64,000 nucleotides of DNA from Macrostomum lignano. Its lineage: Eukaryota. Below, piece by piece: positions 20,831 to 33,890 of the stretch. The DNA lies in NCBI GenBank assembly GCA_002269645.1, contig NIVC01000061.1, positions 558,001 through 622,000 on the forward strand. The letters are read 5' to 3'. The position numbers and the translations under genes are program-made. How positions within the stretch are numbered: the first letter of the stretch is position 1; the number at the start of each line of letters is the position of its first letter. The notes beneath the pieces are model-generated. The model saw nothing but the letters and a program-made list of their open reading frames with translations. It had not been told where the DNA came from and made no database searches.

Positions 20831-23115
20831 CTCACAGTCGAATGTTACTAGTTATATAGTCTAATCCAAGGGTTAAAAAGCCAGGACCAAATAGCCAAGA
20901 TTTTCTAAAGCTCAGAGGCCAAAAACATAAAGAAGTGAAAAACCACAGTTATAGCATGTCAGTCTGGAGACCATTTTTTTCAATTGATGATGATCAAAAC
21001 CTGAATCTCATCACAACCATTAAGATTCTGTCCCCAAAAACTGCCATGTTCTTATTCTTTTTCCAACCTAAATAATTACCCCTTCTCAAAACATTTAGAC
21101 CTACAGCCAATCTTCCTTCTACAGAAGCTCAGCATAGGATAGGGATGAGAAAGGTGAATGCGAGAGAGAAAGAGAGAAAGTGGAATGAAAGTCCAAGGGG
21201 CCAGATATAATGATAGATCATCAAGGGCCTTGGGGGCCAGATGAGAAGAATTGGGGGCCAGGTTTGGCCAGAGATTGCTAACCCCAAGTCTAATTATTTG
21301 CTTTATTTTTTAATTGGCTATATACAACTATAGACAAAAAAGTAAGATTCACTTTGTCTAAATATATAATAAAAATCACATCAAAACAAATTATCATTGG
21401 AATAATAGAATACATAAAAATTATAAATATTTTGTCCTAAGTTACTATTTAGACTTTTCAGGAAAAAATAATTATTCAAAAACAAAAAATTCTTGAAGAT
21501 AGGTAGGCCTTAGGAAATAAGAAAGTTGAACTAGAAAAAAACTTGCAATTAGAAATTTCAAACAGACTATAGATATAATATTTGCTTTATTAGTAGGCCC
21601 TTAGCCTATTAGTAATAACTAATTTGTTATGATTATTGCTTTTTTGATTTATAGACAATTTATACTTTTTAAGATTGAATTAAGAATTAATTTTTTAATA
21701 TATAAAAAGAATAATATACCCATTGGTGCCAGACACTGGTGCTAATTACTTTATGGTATCAAGTGACTTTGGTAGCTGGTTGTAGGCCTATTAGATTTTG
21801 GAGTGTTAGTGATTATGATTTATTTACTTTGATGCTTTTTGTGAGTGGGGATTAATAGGGATTAATAATTATTTGATTACCAACTATACAATAATTGTAT
21901 TATAAAAAGAAATATAGTATACTATTTTTTAATTATACTGTTTTTTAAGTTTAAGCAAATGGTTAGTTTTTTTAAACAAGTTTTTGTATTAAGGTTTAGA
22001 AAATAGAAGAAAAAAGTCTATATTTCTAGTATCTAGGATAGTCTTTTTTGTTAATAAAACATAAACAAAATATTTAATATCAGTATAAATATTGCCATAC
22101 TTAGGCAAGTGCATGCTAGAATAAGAAAGTTGGTTATAGTTGGTTATATATAGCATATACTAAAAAACTAAAATTTTATATTAGAATTCTCCTTAAAATT
22201 TAATTGAGTAAAATATTAGACACCTAAGGTTCTTTAAAAAGCCATTTAAGAAAATACTAATGTTCTTTAGGGCCTTTTAATTGATTTTGATTGAAACATT
22301 TTCCTTAAACATAGACTAGGGCCTATTTGACTCTATTGTATTATGATTTCTACAAAAAAAGGTTTATTTTAAAATGTAAGCTTATGTGATCTTACTCAAT
22401 TTATTAGTAGTTAATGGCTAAAATAAATGTATTAGTTTAATTAGCCATGGCCTTGCATTCTTACACTATACTTTTGAAGGTATAAGACCAAGACCATCAT
22501 ATACTAAGACTACCATATATACTAAGACTGCCACACTTGAGAAGCTGGGAGAGGAATTTGACTCAATGTGTTATTGGATAATGCTAAAGAACCATAGTCT
22601 GGAAGGTGGCCTTTACACTGGAATTTTCTAGCACATTTTTGCTCTTGCTGATAATCTTGGCATACACTTGGCATATAGATTTTTTAGGTTTAACATGAAG
22701 TATACATAGTCGACATACAAAAAATAGCCAAGTTCAAGGCTAATATAATTGTGTAGTTAAATATCAACCAATGTCAAAAGCTCTTTAAAAATAAGCAAAA
22801 ACTAAAATAGAAATAATAATGCAATCACAAGAAAATAAAAATTAAAACAAAGAATAGCTGTTTTTAGCGAAAAACAGCCAGTTTAAAGTTTAATAAAGGT
22901 TTTGAATTCCTAAAAATATATATTCTTTAAAAAAGGCATATAAACAATTATAGTCTTAGTATAAAAAAACATTTATTTTATGTTGGCGTAAAATTAAAAA
23001 ACATGAATTTTCATTCTAGCATATTTGCCTACCATGATCTAGACTATGGCTAAAGAAGAGGTAAATAGGTAGGAGCCAATAGGACAAGGCTGCAAGAGAG
23101 GAACCATAAGAGGAA

Positions 23116-23575
23116 GGCAATTGTTATTTGTCCAGTGACCAGACGAATAGCCTTTTTTCTATTTGTCCGGTTAAATTGCTAACACAAATATCTTATTTGT
23201 TTCGTGATGAATATTCTAGATTTTTAAGACCTTTTCTTGTATACTGATTAACATTTTCTTATATTACTTGAGTGTAAGCAAAGCAGTGTATTTAATTTGG
23301 CATAATTTGGTGTAGGCCCTATAAGACACACACTAGTATAACAATATAATAATCAAGACATGAGTAAGAAGTCTTTGAAGTCTAGGAATATTTACCCTTG
23401 TGGTTTTTATAGGCTTAAACTAGATATTTTAGCATTATCAATTTAACCGGACAAATAACAAAATGTCTATTTGTCTGGTATTAACCGGATGAATAGGAAA
23501 GCATGGTCAGGATCCAGTAACCGGACAAATAACCACATCGTTATTCGTCCGGTCACCAGACAAATAACAACTGCC
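23116..23575. mobile_element. 460-bp non-autonomous TIR element (Mutator-like MITE)
   Basis: 36-bp TIRs (23116-23151 and 23540-23575, 31/36 identical) flanked by a perfect 9-bp TSD TAAGAGGAA (23107-23115, 23576-23584); internal subrepeats tttgtccgg/ccggacaaat. Confidence 0.88.
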
Positions 23576-24749
23576 TAAGAGGAATAGCAATGCTAGAAGA
23601 TTAATAGCTCCCCTTTAATATCAGTAGCCACTAGCCAGTAATAGCTGTGGTAGTCTTTGTGTGTGGTGGTCTTAGTCATGTGCCATTTTGAATGAATAGG
23701 CCCTAAGCAACATGAAGCTAAGCTTTTCTATATAAAAATTATTTGGCTAAAGCAAAATTTTTAAAGCTATATAACAAAAGCTGTCATTTGACATTTTATG
23801 TTAAAATATATTTAAGTTAAATGCTTGGTTAGAAAGTAAATAAATTGTATAAGGCCTAGTATCAAAAATACTAAAACATTTTAAAATTTTTATATATAAT
23901 AACAAGATAAGTTTTATATTTTCTTTAAAAACTCATAAATATATTATAACTTTCAAAATTACTAAGACCTAAGATTAAATTCTAAAAGCAACAAACAACA
24001 TATTAAACAGCAATGAAATATATTCTGGAAATATAGATGAATTAAACAGTTCATGGTAAATGAATTAAATTTCATGATGCATGTCAGAATCCTAACAGAG
24101 AACAGTGAGTGACTCAAGTGCGTAGGTTAGGAGGCAGGTCTAAGCCCTCAGGTAGGCCTAGACACACTTCTGCCAAACCTTTTTACTGTTCAAGTCAGCG
24201 AATGGCAAGTCAAATGACTTAAGATAGGCGCGGCATAATTCTAGTTTGCTGCGTTAAATTATTTTAAACATTTTTGGCTTATATGCTGTACAGCTGATCT
24301 GGCCTGCTGCCGCTATTACTGACAGAAGTAACGGCTCAATCAGCCACGAAAATTATAAACACGATTACACAAACACATTAATGACTTGCAATGAGAATGA
24401 GCACACCAAAAAAAAGCTCTAGACAAATTGAACAGAACTGTAAAGAAATTTGAATAGCATTAGAATTTCTACGAATTCGACGAAGCCTTCGACGGTTAAA
24501 CAAATCTTGATAGGATTAAGACAGGATTTAGGATGAGCGGTCTAAGTTAAGGCCAATTTAAATAAACTTAAAGCTCAAATCAAAGTTTATTGACCCTAAT
24601 GTACTAATCCAAATGAGCTCGTAATTTGGGAATTTAATGTACTAGGGCGACGCGTTTCTTTTTGCTGCAGCGACGCCTGGGTAGACTCCAACGCGATTGC
24701 TACTACGCCGCACCGATGACAGCCGGACAGGCTGCAGATTTTGACTGTC

Positions 24750-24810
24750 CAGTGTATTGCTGTCAGTGACATTTGACTATCGGTGCCATTTGACTGCTAG
24801 TGACATTTTG
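24750..24810 (-). repeat. Short inverted copy of the 17-bp repeat family of 20205-20830
   Basis: ctgtcagtgacatttgact is the reverse complement of the unit. Confidence 0.75.
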
Positions 24811-25760
24811 CTGTCAGTGATGTTTGGCTGTAGACTGAATTTGCGGCGAGCTTCGCTCAACATGAGGAATATCGAAAACGAAACTCTAATCATCTGTAGC
24901 TACATTTTGCATATGTACAATGTGCATTTCCCCAGCAGTCAGGGACCCGACGTTTTTTTGCTGGTTAACGTGTTCTTGTGGGCTATGCCTACGTTCTGTT
25001 TCATTTGTGTCTGTTTTTGAGTAAATGATGTATCTATATATTAATCGAAGGATTTTGCAATATCTATTATTTTCTTGCTTTTTTAATTAATCACACAGAA
25101 AATACCCTCATGCAAAAATCATTTAAACATATACACTGTAGTAGGGCATATATTTTGGTGTAAAGTCAAGATGCTTCGATCCTATTGTATTTTATCTTTA
25201 AAAATGGTTTTTACATCAAAATAATCACGATTTCAAGCAAAAATTGAAACATTAAATGTAGTAGCAATCTAGCCTATAGCAATACAATTATATCGCTTGA
25301 TTTTTACATTCGTTGACACTTCCACTGTCAGACTATCAGTAGTGGCATTGCGATGCTTATAATTTCAAACACAAATTTTGAATGGAATGACCAAACTATA
25401 CAAGATTAGATTTATTAGAAAGAATAAATGTGCCGCTATGAAGTAACAGCAAATTTGTGTTTGTAGCTCTTTATAGAGTCAATATGGAGGCTGAGTGCAC
25501 CCTGGAGCACTTTAAGCGACATTGTCGCACAACCGGCGAGGGGTTGGCTCTTAAGGGCGTTAATTGCACGAACAGACCCAAGCCGAAATTCCAATTCAGC
25601 CCCAAATTAATGCGACTGCACTTGGAATCGAACCTGGGCCACTGGCACATCAGAGCGCCGCGCCAGACAACTGGGCACCGGTCTCCCCGTGTTTGTAGCT
25701 GCTTTGGGATTAAAAGTGTCAGATTTGCATGATGCAGTGCCGATAAAACACACGAGTCCT

Positions 25761-28700
25761 TCACCTGGCCGCAGTCCCACTGAGCCGAGCGGGCCGGGAT
25801 TCGGGCCCAGCGCAGTCCAGCGGCTGCTCGCCCAGAAACATGGCCAGCCCGCAGCGGTAGAAGTGCCGGCAGTAGCGCCGGTAGAGAGTCTCCAAGCTGG
25901 CCAACTGCGGCCGGCCAGCGGGAGGCGCCGCGCAGCAGACCAGGCGGAGGCTCGGCACCCGGGCCATTTTGTCCAGGACATCCTCGGACAGGCCGGCCGG
26001 ACAGGCGAGGCATCGCAGCCTCGTGGCGGACTGCATCAGACAGCGGAAAAGGCGGTCCACCGCCTGCGCGTTGTACGGTGCCTGACCGCCCAGCCAGCTG
26101 AGGTTCAGCACGCGAAGATCCGGCAGCCGCCTGACCATGTCGGACAGAGCCAGGTCGCCGGCCTCGTCCATGAGCAAGTCGATGCCCGGCAAGGCCAACG
26201 ACTCGAGCCGGGGGAACAGGTCGCAGATGCGACCGATGCTGGCGGCCCTCAGCCTTGGACAGTTGATCAGCTCCAGGCAGCGAAGGCCGCTGGCCGAACT
26301 GAGCAGCTCAAGCAGGGACTGAGTGGCCGACACGGCCCAGTAGATTGACAGGCGGCGCAGCTGGCCAAGGCGGACCGACTGTTGCTCCTGGTGCAGCGGC
26401 GTCGGCAGGACAACCGGCACCAGGCAGCTGACCAGAGTGATCTGGCGGGAAGGGTGATGGGATGGTATGGGCATGGCGTCAAACTCAAAGCTGGTGGCAG
26501 CTACTGGGATTGAAATTAAAATGATTAAACATAGCTGGCGATCTCGAGGGTGCGGTTTGGGATAGAGAGGGTGCGGTTTGTGATAGAGAGGGTGCGGTTT
26601 GGGATAGAGAGGGTGCGGTTTGTGATAGAGAGGGTGCGGTTTGGGATTCAGAGGGTGCGGTTTGGGATCTAGAGGGTGCGGTTTGGGATTCAGAGGGTGC
26701 CGTTTGGGATAGAGAGGGTGCGGTTTGGGGATCTAGAGGGTGCGGTTTGGGGATCTACATGTATAGAGGGTGCGGTTTGGGGATCTACATGTATAGAGGG
26801 TGCGGTTTGGGGATCTACATGTATAGAGGGTGCGGTTTGGGGATCTACATGTATAGAGGGTGCGGTTTGGGGATCTGCATGTATAGAGGGTGCGGTTTGG
26901 GATAGAGAGGGTGCGGTTTAGATCTAGAGGGTGTGCTTTAGATCTAGAGGGTGCAGTTTAGATCTATAGGGTGCGATTTGGGGATCTAGATGTGCGGTTT
27001 GGGATCTAGAGGGTGCGGTTTGGGGATTAGAGGGTGCGGTTTGGGGATCTAGAGTCAGAGTGTGCGATTTGGGGATCTAGAGGGTGCGGTTTGGGATCTA
27101 GAGGGTGCGGTTTGGGATCTAGAGGGTGCGGTTTGGGATCTAGAGGGTGCGGTTTGGGATCTAGAGGGTGCAGTTTGGGATTCAGAGGGTGCGGTTTTGG
27201 GATCTAGAAGATGCACTACTCAATCTCTAGCCACTCCGACTCAAACCCAGATTAAACTAAAAACCCATGAGCGTCTTGCCTCAGTCAGCGTCTCCGGCAG
27301 GTGCTGCGGGAAGGAGCGGCCGAGATCGCAGTAGGCCAGGCCCAGCTCAGTCAGGTGAGGGCAGGAGGTCGCTAAGAGACGCATCACGTCGGGGGTGATG
27401 CTCAGACGGAGACGGGGTAGCGGCTTTGACGCGCCGTTTTCTGATGCTGATTGGTCGATGGAGCATGACGCAATTGAAGGGTAAAGCAGAATAGACTGCA
27501 TGTAGAGTAGAGTAGAGTATACTGCATGTAGAGTAGAGTATACTGCATGTAGAGTAGAGTAGAGTATACTGCATGTAGAGTAGAGTATACTGCATGTAGA
27601 GTAGAGTATACTGCATGTAGAGTAGAGTATACTGCATGTAGCTCGTAGAGTAGAGTATACTGCATGTAGAGTAGAGTAGACTGCATGTAGAGTAGAGTAG
27701 ACGGTATGTAGAGTGTAGAGTAGACTGCATGTAGAGTAAAGTAGACGGCATGTAGAGTGTAGAGTAGACTACATGTAGAGTAGAGTATACTGCATGTAGA
27801 GTAGAGTAGACTGCAAGTAGAGTAGAGTAGACGTCATGTAGAGTGTAGAGTAGACTGCATGTAGATTAAAGTAGACGGCATGTAGAGTAGAGTAGACTGC
27901 ATGTAGAGTAGAGTAGACGGCATGTAGAGTGTAGAGTTGACTAAATGTAGAGTAGAGTAGATTGCACGTAGAGTAAATTGTATGTAGTGTAGAGTTGACT
28001 ACATGTAGTGTAGAGTAAAGCCGAGTAAAGTGGAGTAGAATATAGTAAACACATTTTACACAGTGCAGACTCACTTTGCCTATAAGAACCAAGGTGTAGA
28101 ACAGTAATGCCATGGGTAAATGTTCCTAGCTTGCTGCGAATCAGCTTTTTCAATTGTGCATTATGAGATATCCGATTGTACATCTTGACATAGGCCCATA
28201 GAGTAGGATCTGAACAGAGGTTGCGCCATCGCTTGCAGACTCTGTTTAAAATTTTAGAATCAGATAAAATGAGAGGATTTAGTGATTTAAAAATTAAAGA
28301 AATTATATAACATTATAAAAATCTGATTAATATTTAACTAATAAGTATCCTCCACTATACTAAAAAGGATTAGTCTTTATATAGGCCAAAGTGTCTCGAG
28401 CAATATTATTCATTAAAATAAAGACATTCAAGTTGCTAATTTTGATTGTTTGTTAAAATTAAATTGACCAATTGAACCTACGATTTGATAGCCAAGCAGC
28501 CTTACAGGCCCTTTGCCACACCACCTCAAACTCCCAGACAGTCGCCAACTGCGCCTGGAAGCTCAACCTCCTGGCCAGTAGCAGTACTGTCAGGCTGAAG
28601 TGGATCCCAAGGCACGCAGGGTTTCTGGGGAATGAGTTGGCAGACATCCTCACCAAGAGGGGTGGCTCTGGCTCTCTTCCTCCCTTTAGTGGTCATCAAT

Positions 28701-30049
28701 TGTCAGATGGATGACTGGGCTGACTCCCTCCAGAGGGACAGATGGGTGGGAACCCAAAACTGCTAGCAATCTTATGCTGCAGTTCCGTGCCCCTCTCGCA
28801 GGCTCAGAAACGTTCTTCTGAACCAAAATCGGAAGGATATTCGAGCCTTTGTCATGACCTTTACTGGCCATGGCTACCTTGCCAGGCACTGCTTCCTCCG
28901 AGGCAACCTCGACAGTTAACTTTGCCCTTTTTGCAAGTACAACAATGAAGATGCACAGTACTTTGTTTGTCACTGCTTTTTCTTTACCAGAGTCCAGAGA
29001 CTAGCTACGCTACCTTGGGCCAAACCCATCCATTGATGAGGTCTGCCAGCCCAACAGCATCCCAGGGCTCATCCAGTTCTTTTAGGCAACAAGATGAGGC
29101 ACTTTCTTCTCTAGAGAAGATCACACTGCAAGATGGACTGGCAGACCACCTGACCAACCCCATGCCTCTGCCTGTGTGTGGGCCTTCAAGGGCTAGCAAA
29201 ATGGACAACCCTCACCTCCCCACCACCCTGCAGCTAAGTCAAATAAGCTTGTTTGGTATTACAAATGCTACTTATTTAGGTACTAACCATTTTTAATTGT
29301 GACTATCACAAAAAGACAAGAATAGTTACCTTTAAATGAACATTAATTTAAGAATTAAATATATTGGGGAGAAATCCCATTGTTAGGAATTTAGTTAGGA
29401 TTATCTTAGCTTTTTTCTTATTAAGAATAATAAAACATAGGGCCTACAATATAATAGAAGATTTAGAGAGTGCAGAACCTCTCAGGCCAAAATACACTAA
29501 CTGTGTTTTATTATAATTAAACCAATAATTCCTAGAAAAAGTGCACAACTATTATTATATTAAATAACCCCTTATTACAACTTGGTAGTTAATGGTAAAG
29601 GTAGGTGGGATAGAAATATCAGAGCTATTACAACTTGGTGACAGCTGTGAAATTATCTTAAAAGGTAGAATCAAACCCCTATTACAAATTTGGTGGCAGC
29701 AGCAGCAGAATATTTATAAAAGACAAGAGAAAGCCCTAGGCCTAGGACAAAATACTCTTTAAATTTTGTAATAGTATATACATAATTTTCTATTTCATTA
29801 TTACAAAAGTAAATTATTCTTACTTATTTTTGCTTCTTGAAAAATACTGTCTATATTACTTAACCCACATCAGTTATTATCAGGAATATGCATTAATGCA
29901 TATTACTATCAGTATCACATTTGTTTGTTTAAAGCAATAAGCCTGAGCTGAGAGACAAAATGAAAAACATACTTTGATATTTTCGAAATCTCTTGGCACT
30001 CAAGAAGTTGAAATATTCTAAGTAGTAACTCGTCTGGCAGTTTATTCAT
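25761..30049 (-). CDS. FBXL12: F-box/LRR protein, FBXL12-like (~363 aa)
   Basis: Exons 30049-29973, 28241-28075, 27446-27280, 26441-25761 (phases 2,1,0; third intron GC-AG). F-box MNKLPDELLLRIFQLL..KVCKRWRNLCSDPTLW. LHLGSY..ITPDVMRLLATSCPHLTELGLAYCDL..LPETLTEITLVSC parallels recalled FBXL12 LRMGGY..LSPALLRALGQKCPNLKRLCL..LPSTLRTLELHSC. Orthology not tested. Confidence 0.82.
26545..27205. repeat. ~21-bp minisatellite (gagggtgcggtttgggatcta) in F-box gene intron 3
   Basis: Direct. Confidence 0.9.
27495..28010. repeat. Minisatellite (tagagtagagtatactgcatg) in F-box gene intron 2
   Basis: Direct. Confidence 0.9.
28470..29250 (+). mobile_element. 5'-truncated degenerate non-LTR retrotransposon (RNase H plus C-terminal Cys/His knuckle) in F-box gene intron 1, antisense to host
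   Basis: LKWIPRHAGFLGNELADILTKRG (RNase H, WIPGHxGxxGNExAD) then, frameshifted, FTGHGYLARHC..*LCPFC..EDAQYFVCHC with an in-frame stop. Confidence 0.85.
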
Positions 30050-32654
30050 ATCAGTAACTGTCGACTGTCAGTAAGACTCAGACTCAAGACTACTAAGCTG
30101 AACTAAATTTAATTTAAGACTATACTGTATGTCCAGATTACTAAAATAAATGTTATAATATTTACAGGTAGACAAGTACTACACCTAGATATTAGAATAA
30201 ATAAAATTTGATTTTATTGGTAAAGTCATTTACAAAAACATATTAGACAGGTCTTAAAAATGACTCCATTAGTCGGAAATATTTTATTAAAAAATCTTCA
30301 AGTGTTGTTTATTTCTTTTCGCGCCAGCGTCACCAATCACATATTGTACTTGCAGTTTATTTACACTATATAAGGGAAAAAAGAGCGTACATACAGTTAT
30401 TTACGTTTGATTATTTACTTCTACTGATAAATGTTTTGAAAGTTTGCTTGTGTTATAGCGCGCTCGATAAACATCGTGTTATTTATTTGAAAATCGCCGA
30501 GTTGCATTTTGAGTCGGGAAGCCCACGTGCAAGGGTCTGAAGGATTGTGTTAAGAATAACAGAGCGGTATCTGTTACATTTTATTGCAGCCACGACGTAC
30601 CCAAAAAACTTCCACGTACCCATATTTCATTTTAATTTGAAATGAAACTTTTTATAACATTTTCTTTAGTGTATAACTAAGACGATTAGCTACTTTATCG
30701 AATCAGGTTTTTCGAAGCTCTCATAAAATTTTTGCGTGTATTTAGATGATTTTTAAATAGTTTATAAATATAATGATTAGGACTCAATATAGTCACTTTG
30801 CTTTTTTTATTATTCAAGATGAACCGGTAGGTACAAGAAAATAATGCCTAAAATTAGCTATAAAAATATGGACAGTAGGAACTGTAAATTTTTATTTTAC
30901 AGGCTAACTGTATTGCTAAATGTGTAAATATGAAGATTATACCGTTTAAACTTCATTAAAATTTATTATGGCGCTTAAACGTTTCATTTAAGAAAACTTT
31001 TAAAAAAAGGAATTAAGTTTCTATGTACATGTTTATTAGGGTTGCAATGTTGCATCACATATGACATTTAGAAACTTCGTCTGTTTCGTTTGTCAGTTCA
31101 GAATTTTTCAATGCACATAGACACACGATTTTTAATGTTTAATAAATATTTCTATTTAGTAATAATGCTTCCATTTTTTAATAAATGATTTGATGATATA
31201 AAAGAGAAGCTAGCTACTGGCACTCTGAGTTGGCAACTGTAGTTGATGTAGTTGAGTATTTTGTCGCGATTGATTGAGTTGGTGCGCATATCTGAGGATT
31301 TTTCATATCATACGAAAATGCTCAAATCTATATATCAGCTCAAGAAATAAATAAATTGGTATCTTGCTGTGATTATATTATAATTTTTGGTATGATAGCT
31401 TCATGAACGAGTCTATTTAATTCCCTGAATTTAAGTTACCAAATAATATGGCGCAAATTTATCCTGCATCTCTAGGCATTTACGTATCTTAATATTCTTC
31501 TATAGCAAATTAGGAACGGGGGTCTTTATGCGATAACCCGAATTTTACTTGACTTCCATACTGTACAGTCTTCCCCCAAAGAAGTTCTATAGGTGTCAAC
31601 AGTAAATGTACTTTTGAGGGGAGCGAATTCTCTCATCATCTCTTTCAGTGTCTTACCACCAGAAATTCGAGCATCGGGCCAAGTTTTTTACCGGGTTTAA
31701 ACTATCCGTTATCATTTCCTTCCCTCCTGAAGTGCAGGGCCGCACGTTTCTCTTCCTCATTTCTATTGCAATTTCGGCACATCCTGTCCGCTTCTGAATG
31801 CCCTGCCCTCCCTGTATATCCGCCTGACGTAATGCCGCTGCATCGAGTTATCCCCCGGGGAATTCGGGCTGATCCGCGGATCGGAGTGCGTTTTATTGCA
31901 AGAGAAAGGGGGAGCGGGGCGGATGGCCGGCCGGGCGAGTCAGGGAAGGGCAGGGCGGAAACCTGCCCTGTCCTTTGGTAGCAAGCGACCATTGAAGAGA
32001 GAGAGGGAAGGGAAGAAAAGCAGGCACAGGATTTTGGGAAAAGTGACCCCGAGGATCTACGAGAAGCCGCCCCCCCCCCTGCCCAGATTTCTTCGTAGCC
32101 CCGCAGTTGTTATTTTCTCCCAGCCCCAGTGCCGGTGACTCGGAATGCGTTCGGTTTGGCCGCGCCTAGCAAAAAGTACTTTTTGGGGAAAAGCGGCCCA
32201 AATGATGACGCGCAAAGGTGGCAGCATCGCCGATCGGGCGTGAACGCGGAGGGGTGGGGTGTTGGGAGCGGCTGAGTACACCTGCTAGGAGCGCGCTGGC
32301 GATGGCCTAGAGTCAATATCGATTCTTCCCGCTTGGGGATTTCCCTCCTATATAATATAGATCGGCGTGGGAGATTCTTTCTCCGACCGAGGGTGAAACG
32401 GTTCTTAGGCCGTGAGCAGCAAAATAGACAGCTTATAATACACTGCGGGCATTGGGGAGAGCGGGGGACAGAGGGGGATAGAGTTAATGATGCCTGAGCA
32501 GCTATTTGAGCGGCCAGCTGCCATGCATCATTGATCAAGGCAGCCGGCTCCCCACCGCTGGGTATTCCAAGTCAGCATTGGGGCCTTGAAAAGGTGTGCA
32601 CCGTTCTAGTGACAGATCGGTCAAATTAAATTGATGTCTGGAGATTTGCCCAGA

Positions 32655-33090
32655 ATCAAGACCCCAATTGTAGCGCTAATCAAGACCCTATTGTAGCTCC
32701 AATCAAGACCCCATTGTACCTCCAATAAAGACCCCATTGTAGCTCCAGTCAAGACCCCATTGTACCTCCAGTCAAGACCCCATTGTAGCTCCAATTAAGA
32801 CCCCATTGTAGCTCCAATCAAGACCCCATTGTACCTCCAATCACGACCCCATTGTACCTACAATAAAGACCCCATTGTAGCGCTAATCAAGACCACATTG
32901 TAGCGCTAATCAAGACAGCATTGTAGCGCTAATCAAGACCACATTGTAGCGCTAATCAAGACAGCATTGTAGCGCTAATCAAGACCACATTGTAGCGCTA
33001 ATCAAGACAGCATTGTAGCGCTAATCAAGACAGCATTGTAGCGCTAATCAAGACCCCCATTGTAGTGACAATCAAAACCCAATTGTAGCT
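32655..33090. repeat. 23-bp minisatellite (aatcaagaccccattgtagctcc), left block
   Basis: Direct. Confidence 0.9.
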
Positions 33091-33095
33091 CGAAT

Positions 33096-33612
33096 TAGGG
33101 GTGTTCGGGTTTCCATTTTTCCGGGTTCGGGGTAAACCCCGATCAATATCAACTTTCGGGGTAAACCCCGAACCCGAAACACTGACCCCGAACCCGAAAC
33201 CCAACCCGGACTCTGTACCCCGAACTCGAAACCCGACCCGGACCGAAACCCGACCCGACCCGACCCTGAACTTTCCCTGAAAGGAGAACGCTTCATCTCA
33301 GGCTTTCTGTGGTGATCTTTTTTCCAAGTGTGACAGCTGGAGAGAGTTACTCGTCCTGAGGTACCTATAGTAGTCTTCTTCTCGTTCTCATTTGCAGTCC
33401 TGGCTTTTTAACTCCTATTTCTAGTCATCAGCTAGCAAAGTCTTCACAATTCTCTCCTCCCTATAATTTGACTCCTCATTCTTAAGATCTTAGCATTGAC
33501 TTTAACATCCACTTATCCAAATGTTTGCCAACTTGGGTTTAAGTTGTCATTGTTAGCGCAGCACTCGAGTGGGAGCTTAATGAAGAATTCAAAAAAAGGT
33601 TGAACACCCTTA
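33096..33612. mobile_element. Possible short TIR-type insertion between two blocks of the 23-bp array
   Basis: taggggtgttc ... gaacaccctta (10/11 inverted match) with aacccg subrepeats; no convincing TSD. Confidence 0.35.
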
Positions 33613-33659
33613 AATTTTTAATTAAAAACTTCTGCATGTACCGTAAAAAACAGAAAACT

Positions 33660-33890
33660 AATTGTAGCTCCAATCAAGATCCAATTGCAGCTCCAATCAA
33701 GACCCAATTGCAGCTCCAATCAAGACCCAATTGTAGCTCCAATCAAGACCCAATTGCAGCTCCAATCAAGACCCAATTGTAGCTCCAATCAAGACCCAAT
33801 TGTAGCTCCAATCAAGACCCAATTGTAGCTCCAATCAAGACCCAATTGTAGCTCCAATCAAAACCCAATTTTAGCTCCAATCAAGACCAC
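33660..33890. repeat. 23-bp minisatellite, right block (aatcaagacccaattgtagctcc)
   Basis: Same family as 32655-33090. Confidence 0.9.

Noticed and set aside
21300-22700. Decayed transposase in the AT-rich block
   Set aside because: No open frame or catalytic motif could be read.
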